NCBI RefSeq assembly: GCF_009834535.1 | Contig: NC_045696.1 | Coordinates: 27,654,001-27,718,000 of the forward strand | DNA from: Camelus ferus | Taxonomy: Eukaryota | Direction: 5' to 3' | Length of the DNA: 64,000 nt | Shown here: piece by piece, positions 50,800 to 63,022 of the stretch | How positions within the stretch are numbered: position 1 is the stretch's first letter | Layout: every line of letters starts with the position of its first letter | Notes under the pieces: generated by a model | Told to the model about the DNA's origin: nothing | What the model saw: the letters and a program-made list of their open reading frames with translations, nothing else | Database searches by the model: none | Translations under genes and position numbers: made by a program

Positions 50800-51800
50800 A
50801 CAATGACTGTTGCAGTCCCTTTGGGAAATACTCCATGCTCATCTGCTTTTTAAAACCAATAAGGGCACACAAGCACATTTTCTAAATTTCACTTGTTTTC
50901 CTCTTTAACAATGCATTTTGGATGATGTTTCACATCAGCCCACATATTTTTACTTAATTTATTTTCATAGGGTCCGTTATATGGGTCTAGCACAATTCAT
51001 TTAACTGATCCTTGCTTCCAGTTAGTAGACAATGCTCGAATGAACGTATTTGTATATAAGTAGTTTTATAATTATATGAGTATGTTTGCAATTTCATTTC
51101 AAAAAATTAAAAGCTAAGTTAGAGTATTCATCTTTTACATTTCTACCAAGATTTATGAGAGCATATTATCCCAATACTCTTAACACCACCAGAATTTAGG
51201 TTAAGTTATAGTTGAAAAATGAGATCTCACTGATGTTGCAATCTAGTGGATTGTGAATAAAATTGAGCATTTTTCATCTTTTCCTATGATCTACCTGTCC
51301 AAATAGTTTGCAAAATGTTCCATTGAGTTTTTGGATTTTTTGTTATTCATTTATATATTAATAACAAAACGTATCATATATTGTTATAACTTACACATAT
51401 AATAGTTTTTAACATGTACATTACTATCTTCTGTACTATTTGCTACAAATATTTTCTAATTAGCCTTTTATATTTTTGTAATGCTATCTTTATGTGAATG
51501 TTTATATCTTATGTTGTAACACATTTAATAATTTAATACTTCTGGGTTTTCTATCTCTCTCAAAAATAGAATCCTTACTCCAAGTTATTAACCATTCTCT
51601 TAAATATTTTCTAGACATTTACTTCTTTTAATTGTTATTGTTTAAGTTTTGGGCCGTTTGAAATATGCTTTGTAATAAAGAGTGAGGGGAAGCTCATCTT
51701 TATTTTTTTAAAATATTAAATACCTTGCCACAACACTATTTGATGAAAAATCTACCTTTTCCCCATGTTTCAAATGCAATCTATTTTATTACATTACTCT
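50800..51800 (-). mobile_element. Highly diverged L1ME-type fragment
   Basis: tgaaaaatgagatctcactg, ttgagcatttttcat, ccacaacactatttgatgaaaa and similar reverse-L1 motifs. Confidence 0.5.
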
Positions 51801-52769
51801 GTTTACTCATAAACCAACTCCACTCTGTGCCTCTACTGTGTTTAACATGTGATTCTGCTGCCTACATTTATTTACCAATATTAATTTCTTCTGGTATGCT
51901 ACCATGTGAAGCTGCTGTTTTGGTTGTGAAGATATTATAGAAAGTAGTCTCCACATTTAAATTTTCTCATCCATCCATGTATTCAAAATTAGTTATTAAA
52001 TATAGATCATGTGCCATTCACTTGTTTGAAATGAAGACATCAATACACAATTAAATTGGAGTTGAAAATAAGAAATATGTTTGGAAGAAACATTATCCCT
52101 CGCCTCATTCACCAAAATTGATATCATTTTGAAAGACAAAGTAGAGTATTGGCAAACTTGATTTAGTATCATAAGATGTAATTTATTGTCCAAGATCTAA
52201 CGTGTCACAGATACACAACCCTAGTAAGCCATTTATCCTCTGAACCCTAGGTTACTGTCAAATAGAAAAAAAATGTTCTTGTTCTACCTCGTGGGATTGT
52301 TGTCAGAACCATATGTAATTTAATTTCCAAAGGGTAAACTACCACTTGAATCATTTAAATTGTTCTTAGACTCTTCTAAATTCCTATCCTATGAAGTTTG
52401 AAGCATCAGTAGGGTTTTTATATGAGAATTTTCACTCAACTGTTCTAGAGGAATTTAGGCATCAAGAGACACTTTTACTTTTGCCAGTTGTCTACAATAG
52501 TATAGGTGTCCAACAGATATGCTGATATAATTATAAATCTTTATGCTCCAATCCAGTATTTGAAAGGGGCTGCCATTTATTGACTGGAAGTGAAAGGGTA
52601 CAGTTGTATAAGTGACCAGGTCTACTAACCTTAAGATTTACTGTTGCTCTGATTGCCAACGCGCAAATCAATATTCCTTTCATTCAGTCCAGGTCAAGCC
52701 CTTCAGTCACCATGAGGAAATGTCCTCTCACCTAATGGCTGGTACTATTCATGCCTTCTATGTACTGTA

Positions 52770-53150
52770 ATGATGCTCATATTCCTGGTGCAGGGATGGG
52801 CACTTGATTTGTGTCTGGCCATCAGCTTTGCATTTCTTGACCACAGTGAGTGGTTCACAGATGTGCATGCCACCAATCAAAGCCAGTGAAGCATGGTGAG
52901 GCTTTTACTGAATTTTCTGGAAAGGAAATTGTTTCCTGTTGTGCTCAAATTTGAGTGGATATAAAGGCTAGATGTACTCTGGCAACTTTATAGTGTTTGA
53001 GAAAAAACATAGCACATAAAAGGATGTCGAGAGATAGGGAGTAACTAACCCCTGAAGACATATTTTTAAGCTGGCCATATGTGATGCAAAATATTCCCTT
53101 TTTAGCTTAAATCAGTTTGAGGCCACTCTTATTTATAGACTCCTTTGACA
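52770..53150 (+). mobile_element. LTR16/LTR33-like ERVL LTR
   Basis: gaccacagtgagtggttcacagatgtgcatg..caaagccagtga and attccctttttagcttaaatcagtttgag. Confidence 0.6.
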
Positions 53151-55134
53151 AATTTAAGGTTACTAGCAATATTGTACATTAAGTGATGATAGTTACTCTA
53201 GTATTCATATTCACAATTTTATTCTGTGTGTGTGTATCTCTTTTGCAAATTAAGTAACATATATATGTAGTTTGCAGCATGAATATCAAATATACATTAA
53301 ATTTTTTCCAGTAAGGTCCCTTAATTAAGATACAATTTATCAATGCCAATTTCAATAAAATTTTGTAAGGCTTTAAAAATCCTCTTTTTAAATAAAGGAT
53401 TTCCATGCTTTCAAAAGTTCTCATTGGAAGTGAATGATTATTAGCTCATAATTTCTCGTTAGTACATACCGGTGTCTTCGTAGGTAGCCGTCAAAAGTTC
53501 AGTGCTAAGGGCATATTGTAGATTCTATAAACACTTCAGAAACACTGTCAGCAGCAGTTGTAAAGGGAACTGTTAACTGACTTTAGCTGTGACTGTAGTG
53601 CAGTAGAAACCTGTAACATTTAAAGCTGACACCCTAGGATTTTTCTGACTTTCACTTGATTGGCTAGCCTATTATGTAAGGCAACTAGTTGTCCAGATAG
53701 ACTGTTGTTACTTTCAGAAACCTTATGTGATCACACAATGATCACAGTGTGGAATGACGGCATAATCGTGAGAAATATTAAAAGAATGATCACATAATAC
53801 ATACTTCAAACTAATGGAAAATTAAAAGCACTTGATAATACCAAACTGTCTAAACAGCTTCATTCCTTTAATTAAAAGCCGTTCACTGACTGAATCTCTC
53901 TATTTCACACACACACACACACACATCTAGTAGGTAACATATAATGTTCCTCTAAGCCATTTTTACTGTTTACATCAAAGGAATTTAGTAAAAATAGCCA
54001 CTAAATACATTTAATTCATGAGATCATTTTTTCAAGTTCAATAATTGTGTATCATTCTGATAGATATGCTCTTCTTTTAACCTCCTCATTAGAATGACAA
54101 AAAGTCAAAGCCAATTTTGGTAATCAAAATGGGAAAGTGGCATGAAACCATAATAAGGGAAAGCCAGCTGAGGAGCCAGCTACAAAACAATACCATGTAT
54201 AATTGGTCCTTAATTATGCAAATTTAACAAATGGCAGAAGGATGGTTGTATGTCTTGACCAAGGCTGCCTGCCAAGTCAACAAGCTGGCATCCGTGCAGG
54301 AAGGAGCCACTCTGTGATCCTGACTGCGACATCTCCTTCCACATTGCCAAAATATTTTTGTGGAAGAAAGAAATTTGGTGATTTGCTAAGACAAGTTAAA
54401 TTTATGTTTTTGGTGTGAGTGAATATCCCCAAATAGCATCATTAACAAAGTTTTCTTAATTACTTTTTTAAAAAAATAAAAGCTTAAAGACACCAGAATA
54501 AACCCAAATAATAATTAGCATATACATTTGTATGGAGGATAAGTTTGCTGCGCTGTTCTTTGGAAAAATAATCTCTACACACAGGTAAAGATTTTTGCAG
54601 CAAAAAAAGGTCTTTGATAGAGTAAATGTGAGCTGTCTTCTAATACATTAAAGAAATAAGCTACACAGGAAATTATTGCTATGTTTCATTTTTACACCAT
54701 GATTTTCTACACATCTTTAAATATCTTTAAATTTATTTTTTTTTTTACTAATTTTAGAAAGATAAGCACTTTAAAATTCATTTATTCATGAGCTTGTATT
54801 AGGACTCTGTAAGACAGAGCTAGCTTCTAGAAGCATTGCTGCCTTCCTGGCCCCTGGTAGGCAATTGCCTGAAGTCCCCATTGCTCCCAGACCTTCTGTC
54901 CCTAACTTAGCACCCACAGGCATCCACTGCCTCCTGAGGTAACGGAAAATGCCTCTGCAGAGTCCAAGAGTCCCACAGTTTCAAAATGGTAGGTTTGGCC
55001 TTTGGTGACCCACATGGAGACAGACATACTTCCCAACACAGCCATGGTGGAGGTAACTTTAATGAAGGAAAAATAAATTTATTTAAACAATTTATTTCTT
55101 TTTCTCAAATATATTTATTTTGCTACTGCTTTTG

Positions 55135-55392
55135 CTTGTTTTTATTGAAGTATAATTGATTTGCAATATTAGCTTCAGGTGTATAGCACAGTGACTCAGT
55201 ATTTTTATGCATTATACTCCATTAAAGTTATTACAACATAATGGCTATAATTCCCTGTGCTATGAAATATATCCTTGCTGCTTAGCTACTTTATACACAG
55301 TGCTTTGTGTCTCTTAATTCTCCCCCGCCCCCATTTTGCCCCTCTCTCCTTTGGTACCACTAGTTTGTTTTCTTTATCTGTGGGTCTGTTTT
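55135..55392 (-). mobile_element. 5'-truncated L1 3' end (artiodactyl type)
   Basis: ttttattgaagtataattgatt..aatggctataattccctgtgct..cctttggtaccactagtttgttttct. Degenerate TSD ctactg(c)ttttg on both sides. Confidence 0.85.
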
Positions 55393-56989
55393 ACTACTGT
55401 TTTGTAGGAGGAAGATAAGTGGCATGTTTTAGCATCTTGACAAAGATATTTACCTCTCAATATATTCTAGTTTGTAACAGGCACTGGATTCATTTCCTAC
55501 TTCTTAAACAGCAAAATCTGAGGAAAGTTCCCTGATCATTTGCCAAAGCTTGCCACTCCAGGCAAGGTCTTGTTAAGAATGTATTTCAATAGGTCACGAA
55601 AAATACCTGAACAGCCTGGAAGAAATAGCATACAAAAAGTTGCCAAGAATTGAAGAGTAGGAGAAAAGAAGAATAAGGGCCAGGAATGTGTGGCACTAAT
55701 GATTTAGAATTAAACTGAAGGCTGAACTAGGGTGGAACCAGGAGTAGTAAATGTGGGTAGAGGAATGTCCTTCGCTGACATTTTTGCCTTAATCTTTGTG
55801 TGTTCATAAAACACCCTCTACTTGAAATAGCATTATCACAAGTGAAATGAAAGAAAAAGATGTGTGTGCCTTTTTCTTTATGCATCAAACATCAATCAAT
55901 TATTTATCCTATCTATCTATCTTAAATCCCAGGGTTCACAGTAACGGCATTAGGATTTTATAAATTTCTTCAGTAAAATACTTTCATTCACAATGGGATT
56001 AGCTCAGAATAGTTTTAGTATCTGTGAAACCCTGTCTTCCTAAAAAGCTTATTAATATTACATTTAGTTTAATATGATCAGACATACATTATTAGCAGAA
56101 AGCCTGAGGTTCTAAAAAACAAAGTAAAATAAAGAGAAACTTGGGCATTGCAGGTCATGTACATCATGAGTCACTGGTAAAATACTGAACATGACCCAAA
56201 TTTCTGGAACAAATGTGTATACATTCTTTAAATAGATGATCCCAAGCCCTCTTAAAGTGTTTTGTATCAGTTACTTTGCATCCTGGGATTCATATTCTAG
56301 AAGGTCTTTCTTTCACGAAGTCTTAAAGGAAAGAATCCTGTATAGGAAAAGTTCGGCACTTGTTTGCGCAGTTCAGACAGATGAACAGATGCCATTACGA
56401 GGCTTATTCTCCTCTATCCCCTGGCTCCAAATCCTCAAGGCATATTGAAAGCACAGTTTTCAGGGATTCACACTGCATTAGCCTGGTAATGACACGGCTG
56501 ATTATATTGCAGAAGTATGCCACTAAGATCCAGCCCTGCAATGCAAAGCATTCTTAGAAGACACTGTATGGCATTGTTTTAGGAGATCATGATGATATTC
56601 TCCAGTGGTACCATTTGGTTCTGCCACATTTAATATTTTTACAATGGTCTCCAAGGGTGGGAAAAATAAAACAAAGAGCCAAAGAGACTTCAACACTACA
56701 GAGTATAGATTGTTAAAGAAGCAGCTCTAGTATAAATCCTTTAACAAATTCAGTAAAAGGGTCTCTTCATGGTCTTCCATAAATGCAGACAACATCAAAG
56801 AGTAAAAAATTGTAGTACTAATGTGTGGTTTCAGTAGAACATAGCACAGTCTCTTTAGAAGGAAAGCCATCAGAGGGATGCGTGTTTGAAGGACACTTAG
56901 AGCAGCGGTTCACATCACCTGACATCCGGCGACCAGTCTCACGATTACATGATGACAGCACAGAATCACATTGCTGCCATCAATCCAGT

Positions 56990-57850
56990 GTGACCAGAAC
57001 ACACGTACTTCACTCCTCCTCCACCACCACTGTCACCCTGGTCCCGCCCACCATTATCACTTGCCTGCATCATTGCGGTAGCTTCAACTGCTTTTCCCAT
57101 TTACTCTTGCTCCCTCTAGACCTTTGTTCAAAACAACATCTTCAACGATTCCATCAAAATATGAGTTAAGTCATGCTTCTGTTCTGCAAAGAGCTATTCA
57201 ATGTTCCCTCTTTTATTTCAGAATTAAAGAAAGTTCTTATAGTGACCTGCAAGGACATTCACAGCCTGGCACCCGCTCTGATCTCATTCCCTATCCTCCT
57301 CCCTTTGTTCTTTCTGCAAATGCCTACTGGTCTTAGTGTTTCTCAAACACCTTGCAAGTTCCCTCTGTTAGAACACGTTCCCCCAGAAAGCTGTACATCT
57401 TGAACCCTTCACGTTTTTGTTCAACTAGCACTTTCACAAATCTGACACCTCATTTAAAATTGTAACACACCCCATCATACCCCACCTCTTTTACCCCAGT
57501 CAAATTTTATTTCCATGACACTTACCACATTCTACCTTGCTTTGAAATTTAAAGTCAATTTGTGTATATATTGTTATTTTTTGTCACTTCCTCTCCACAT
57601 CACTAGAAGGTAAGCTCTACAAGGACAATAATTCTTTTTGGGGAGGGGATTAGGTTATTTATTTATTTTTGATGGAGGCACTGGGGATTGAACCCGGGAC
57701 CTCATGCATGCGAAGCACGCACTCTATCACTGAGCTATACCCTCCCCCCCAAGAATTCTTGATTTTTTTTTTTTTTAAGTAATGCTCTCCAGAGCCTAGA
57801 ATAGTGCCTGGTATGTAACAAGATGCTAAATAAGTATTTATCATTCACAT
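56990..57850 (+). mobile_element. L2 LINE 3' region (interrupted by SINE)
   Basis: ccaccattatcacttgcctgcatcattgcggtagc, cactagaaggtaagctc, gcctagaatagtgcctgg. Confidence 0.8.
57637..57749 (-). mobile_element. Vic-1-type camelid tRNA-Ala-derived SINE
   Basis: Reverse complement reads ggggagggtatagctcagtgatagagtgcgtgcttcgcatgcatgaggtcccgggttcaatccccagtgcctcc plus an AT-rich tail. TSD caa(t/g)aattctt at 57626-57636 and 57750-57760. Confidence 0.88.
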
Positions 57851-58929
57851 AAAATCATAATTCACCTAATGATGAAGTTTATAACTTTATTATAGTTAGC
57901 ATGTGTGGCCAGAAGACCTTACTCTGCTATAATGTTTGTTGCAGTAATGCCTTCTGTACATGTAGCTCTTAGTTGTGGCATTATCAATAATTAGTTCCTA
58001 ACTATCTAATGTATCTTCAGTGCCTAAATCAGTAAGGAATCAATATTTGTTGAGTGAATGAGTCATTTACACTCTTACGGAAAAACATAAGACATCCAGG
58101 GGCATCCTAGGCTTCCAAATTAATGCTATTGGCAGTTACTCTGCCTGAGATGACCTGCACACATCCATGAGGCTCCAGTGTCAAGAACAAGGACTATCAA
58201 CATTCTGGCTACTCAATTTCTAATCATTTTCTAATCATGTTTCCTAACAGAGGCAACCTGTGTCCAGCCATGCCATTTCCTGCTGGTCAAGGTAATGCTA
58301 ATTTTATTGATTACAACAAATAATGGTGTTTTAGGCACTGAAATTGATAGCACAATGGTATTTTCTAATCAATCCAGAGCATGTAAGCTCACTCTGGCAA
58401 TTTTTTTGAAGTTAAAAGTTTTGTTCTACTTTGTTTATTCCTAGCTACTTCTACTTGCTCGTGTCAATACAATTCCAGAAAGTGGAAGGCAGAAATTTAG
58501 TCCTTAGCAGAAGCAACATACAGAATTTAACTCACAGTCTACTCTATTAAACTGTTTTGTATACATCCACACACTGCCTTTGTCAGGAAATCAACAGCAC
58601 CGCTCTGTTCTAAATTCCTAAGGTTTCTGTCTTCACATCATCTGTTATGACTATTAACATTTTGGGGGAAAACTTTTCACATCAATTATGACAATGTACA
58701 GTAGCCTCTGATAGGGCACTTTGCCCCTCAACTCTCCTTACTAGTAACTTCCCTTTTCACAACTGTTTTATCAATTTTTTTCTTAAAAAAAACCCCAAAA
58801 ACAAAACCAAAAAAACTTTAATCAGTTCACACCTTTGGTTCAGATCTCTCAATGCTCCCTCATTTTCTAATAATGCAATCTTACAATTCTGCTGTGACAT
58901 TCAAAGACCTTTTAGAAACGTAGTTTCCT

Positions 58930-59125
58930 TAATCAGAATGCCTGTGTTTGGATTTTGGTTTTGCTGTTTATTAGTTGTATGACTCAGTCAAGTTACTCAA
59001 ATAAATTATATTTTCTTCATCGATAAAATGAAGATAGTTATAGTACACATCTCATGGGGTAGATTTATTGAATTAATGCATGGGAAGAATTTAGAATAGT
59101 GACTGTCGATGGTAACTGCTGAATA
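58930..59125 (+). mobile_element. MIR SINE
   Basis: tgtatgactcagtcaagttact..ttcttcatcgataaaatgaagata..tctcatggg. Confidence 0.65.
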
Positions 59126-59759
59126 AATTTTAGCCACTGTGTACTTCAATATAGATAGAGGCAATTTGCACAGCCACAAACTTAGAGAAACCAGACGTGG
59201 CAACATCCCTCTTTAGCTTTGCTGGCAAAACCACACAAGTCTGTGTACGATTTGGTTAACAGAGCATCCAGAGAAAAGTCAACAGAGACACTTTACCTCA
59301 TCAAAGAAAACATTCATCTTTAATCATCACCATTTTAGAAGAAATACTTTGCTGCAGAGTCATGACCTTTTGTCTTATATAATACAATAAACACTATTTC
59401 TTCTAAGGAGATTGTTTCTATTTGAAAAAATCCTTAGAGAGTTAAGAAAAAGAGAGATGGGAATACCATGAGTCTAAAACTAAATTTGGCAGGAACCCCT
59501 TTGCTTGCTGAAAGTAGATTTCATCTCAGAACAGTAAAGTGAATACCCATTTTATCTCTCTTTCATCAGTTCTCAAGACCACTGCTCTGGCCAGTTCATT
59601 TTCCTCTCACCAAATCTCCTAGGTTCATTTCTGCCATGGCTATTTTATTTATGTTGCTCTTCCTTTGTAGAAATCTTTCTCTTTTTAATGTTTGGAGGTC
59701 AAGTTAAATGTCCAAAACTCTTCAATATCTCTAGCCACTATCAACCTCTCTGTTCATGA

Positions 59760-60200
59760 GCATTTGTTTATCTACTTATTTATCCAATATTGACTCAGTG
59801 CCCTGGGTGTTTCAGGCCCTCTGCTAGGAACAGAGGATATAGGGGCAGATAAGATATCAAGGGTTCAAGTCCTCAAGGGAGCATACACTAAAGAAAAACA
59901 TATTGTCATTATTTATGGAAATAGTTGATTATAGGTGTTATGAAAGCATGTTAGGAGAGCATTTAAGAAGAGTGTTGTTAGGGAGAGCCCTGATCGGGGA
60001 GTGACATTGAAAGCTGAGACTTGAAGAATAAAGAGTTAGTTACACAAAGCCCTTAGGATAAAGGGGAAAGAGGACACTGGTAGCCCTGAAAACAATGATT
60101 TAAGTAGAGTAGTGCTGAAGATTGAAAAATGGAAAGAACGGAGCTGTTTAATAATTGAAAGAAGACCAGTGTAGCCGCAGCCTGACTGACTGGTGGGAAG
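59760..60200 (-). mobile_element. L2 fragment
   Basis: caggccctctgctagg, gagtgacattgaaagctgagacttgaagaataa, gaaagaagaccagtgtagc. Confidence 0.7.
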
Positions 60201-61112
60201 ACCATGCTATGGATTTTTGGACTGTTAATGATTTGGATCACCTAGATCACCTAAAGAATTCTTACAGGCGCCAAGCATGTGGATTTGGAACCATGCTATA
60301 TAATAGTGATAAATATTTGTTTCCTTATATTTTGTTATGATACATTTGTTTTATAGCTCTCCGTACAGTCCATGCCAAGATTCCATATAAGACATAAGGT
60401 TACAAATGTAGGGATCTTGTCATTTATTTGTTTTGTTTACTTCACACACACATTGTAGACAGTAAGTGCTTGTTGAGATTATTCTGCAAGATTCCACTTT
60501 AATCCTGTACAGTGCTACTTTTTTTTTTTTTTGAGAAATGGAGACACACACACACATCCATACATAGGTTTTAAATATTATATGAATAGAGAAGTTTTCA
60601 AAAGAAATCCAAATAGCAGTAAAATTACTGGGACTACTTGATTTTAATCAACGTGAAAGTCAACTCTGTTCCATGGCTAAAGATTTTAAGTGATTGAAAC
60701 TTGGAATGAAATCTTCCTATGGAGATGTTACTCAATCACACCCCTTAGGGGAGGTAAAATTTTTAGTACTTAAACTTGCGATAAAACCATGTAAAAGTGA
60801 CAGTTCTGGTTTTACCATTTTAAGATCAGATTGAATGATAAGAAGGAACAGTGAGAAATAAATAACCTAAGTGCATTTTATTACCTCACTTCAAATTTCA
60901 CAGGTTTTAGGAGTCTTACTGTGAAAAGTATAATTAGCAGAGAGTGTCCTAGATTTACTGAGTATACAAAAATAAGGCCAGGTCCTAGGAAACGCTGAAT
61001 TTCAAGTTTAGGGGAAAATTACGTAAACATTTGAACATTGATATTCTTCATAGTTTTAATTTATAAAAATGTAAATAAAAGGTTTAAAAACCATACAATG
61101 TAAATGTTCAGC

Positions 61113-61210
61113 CAGAGAGAGAGAGAGGAAGAGAGGGAGAGAGAGAGAGAGAGACAGAGGGGCAGAGAGGGGGAGAGAGGGAAAGAGACGGGAAGAGACT
61201 GGGAGAGAGA
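61113..61210. repeat. Interrupted (GA)n purine-rich microsatellite
   Basis: Read directly. It is the source of the RERERE ORF. Confidence 0.9.
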
Positions 61211-62126
61211 ACTAACAAAGAAGACAATACTTGCAAGTGCTGAGTCTCAGCTCTCTGCATATCCTAGAGCACAGCCCTCTCATAAAATATTCTCCCTAGA
61301 TTAGAGCTCAGGGCCATTGTGCCAATCAAGGGTAAGGAGGCAAATGAAACCTTCAGGCTTTCATCCTAGGGCCTCATTTACCTACTAATTACTGATGCAG
61401 TCATTACAGGCCTCCATCAGTTAGTTAACACACCACTCATTTCTGTTAACACATGAACGCTGTCAGAGGCCATGGTGTGCTATTTACTTTGCTATTTATC
61501 AGAAGATTTAAATGTGCTTCCAGTTCAGTTAGCAATCAAAGGTCACTCTTCTCTTCTTAAAATAATCCCAGGAAAGTAAACACATCAGCATCAATCCATA
61601 TAATCTGACAACACGGCCCATTACCTAGGTAGCTAAGAATTGCATTTGTAAAAATTTTGCATTTTAATGACGAAAAGATCTGAAATGTTCAGATAGTTCT
61701 GTCCCTCAATTGAAAATTAGTATCCCTCTTTGTACAGCAACCTAAGTTCAATTTCCTTTCTATGTCAAAAATAACGCCATGCAAAGTTTGGCCAATTTGC
61801 TGCAAATCTATCTTAGAGGAAAAAAAAGTTTCCTCTTGTGTACTTTTGGACACAGGTGTCATTATGACCAGTGAATTAACAAGTTATCTTTTCTCTCTCA
61901 GGAATTTATTTAAACGAGCCTGTCAGTAAACAGCCAAAGAAAGCTAAAGGATAAACAAGTTAGGAAGCATGTAGAGTTAACTGTTTGTCATGCTGGTTTT
62001 TCATGCTGGACACTTGCATTAGCCTGAAATAATCTATTGTTTATATTCGTGTTCATTACTGTTTAACCGAGCCATTTATGTATAATGTGCCTTCGTGTAG
62101 AGAGTTTTTATGTGGTTTATATCATG

Positions 62127-63022
62127 CAGTTGTTTGCTGGATCCAAATGTACTTGTTCACAAGAGCTGATTGATGCATTCTTGGGGATTTTATGAACTAG
62201 TTAACAAAACTCATTACTTAACAGTCTATTATTAAAATTAAATTATATAAATTGATAACTAAATATGTTAAAAATAAAGCTGATAGACACCAAAAACTCA
62301 TAATTTCCTAGTTATTTCCCTATAGTTTTACTATTAACAATGCTCTTGAGGTTGTTTTATTTTATCTGTGTGGGAGAAATACTGTGTAACCGTGTGCTAC
62401 TGAGCATGACTTCTCAACTTTTCATTTGGTGACGTCACATCAGTGGCTTGAAACTACATGGCGCAAGTGTGTATGCTGTGGAAATTGGAAACAAAACCCC
62501 ACGTATCACTACATATCAGGGCTTAACTTACTGATTTGCTGATTGGACTTAAAGTGAAGAAAATGTTAACAATGCAGTTTAGGTGTTAAAATGTGTCCTG
62601 TCAGGAGTCATTACATTGTGAATAACACATATACAAAGAGAAAATATTCTATTCTTCAAAAACTATTAACCATTTCAGCAAAGAAATCATTCATACTATT
62701 GACAAACAGGTGAAGTTCTAACATACATTTTTATTGTAACATTTTGCCTTATTTCTTAGTATAAATGAAAATGTCAACCAACATTCATGTCAGAACTAGA
62801 AATGCAAGGAGAGGTTGGCTATAGATAAAAAAGTTAGGGAAAGCCAATAAAAATGCCCTCTAAGAAACAACTGACTGTGAAATCTACAATAATAACTATG
62901 GTATGTATGACATTATTACTTATAAATTATGTGCCATACATCCTTACATTAGTATTATGCTACATACGTACCCACCCCCCTTCCCTCTGGAGAATCCATT
63001 GTTAAACACAATCATATCACTG
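62127..63022 (+). mobile_element. MER63-family hAT-Blackjack DNA transposon (about 0.9 kb)
   Basis: Starts cagttgtttgctgga and ends ttgttaaaca..cactg. Internal attattaaaattaaattatataaa, tgctcttgaggtt, gtgacgtcac, ttcagcaaagaa and caaccaacattcatgtc match the recalled MER63 consensus. Confidence 0.8.

Noticed and set aside
61104..61304. ORF with an RERERE low-complexity run
   Set aside because: Translation of a (GA)n microsatellite.
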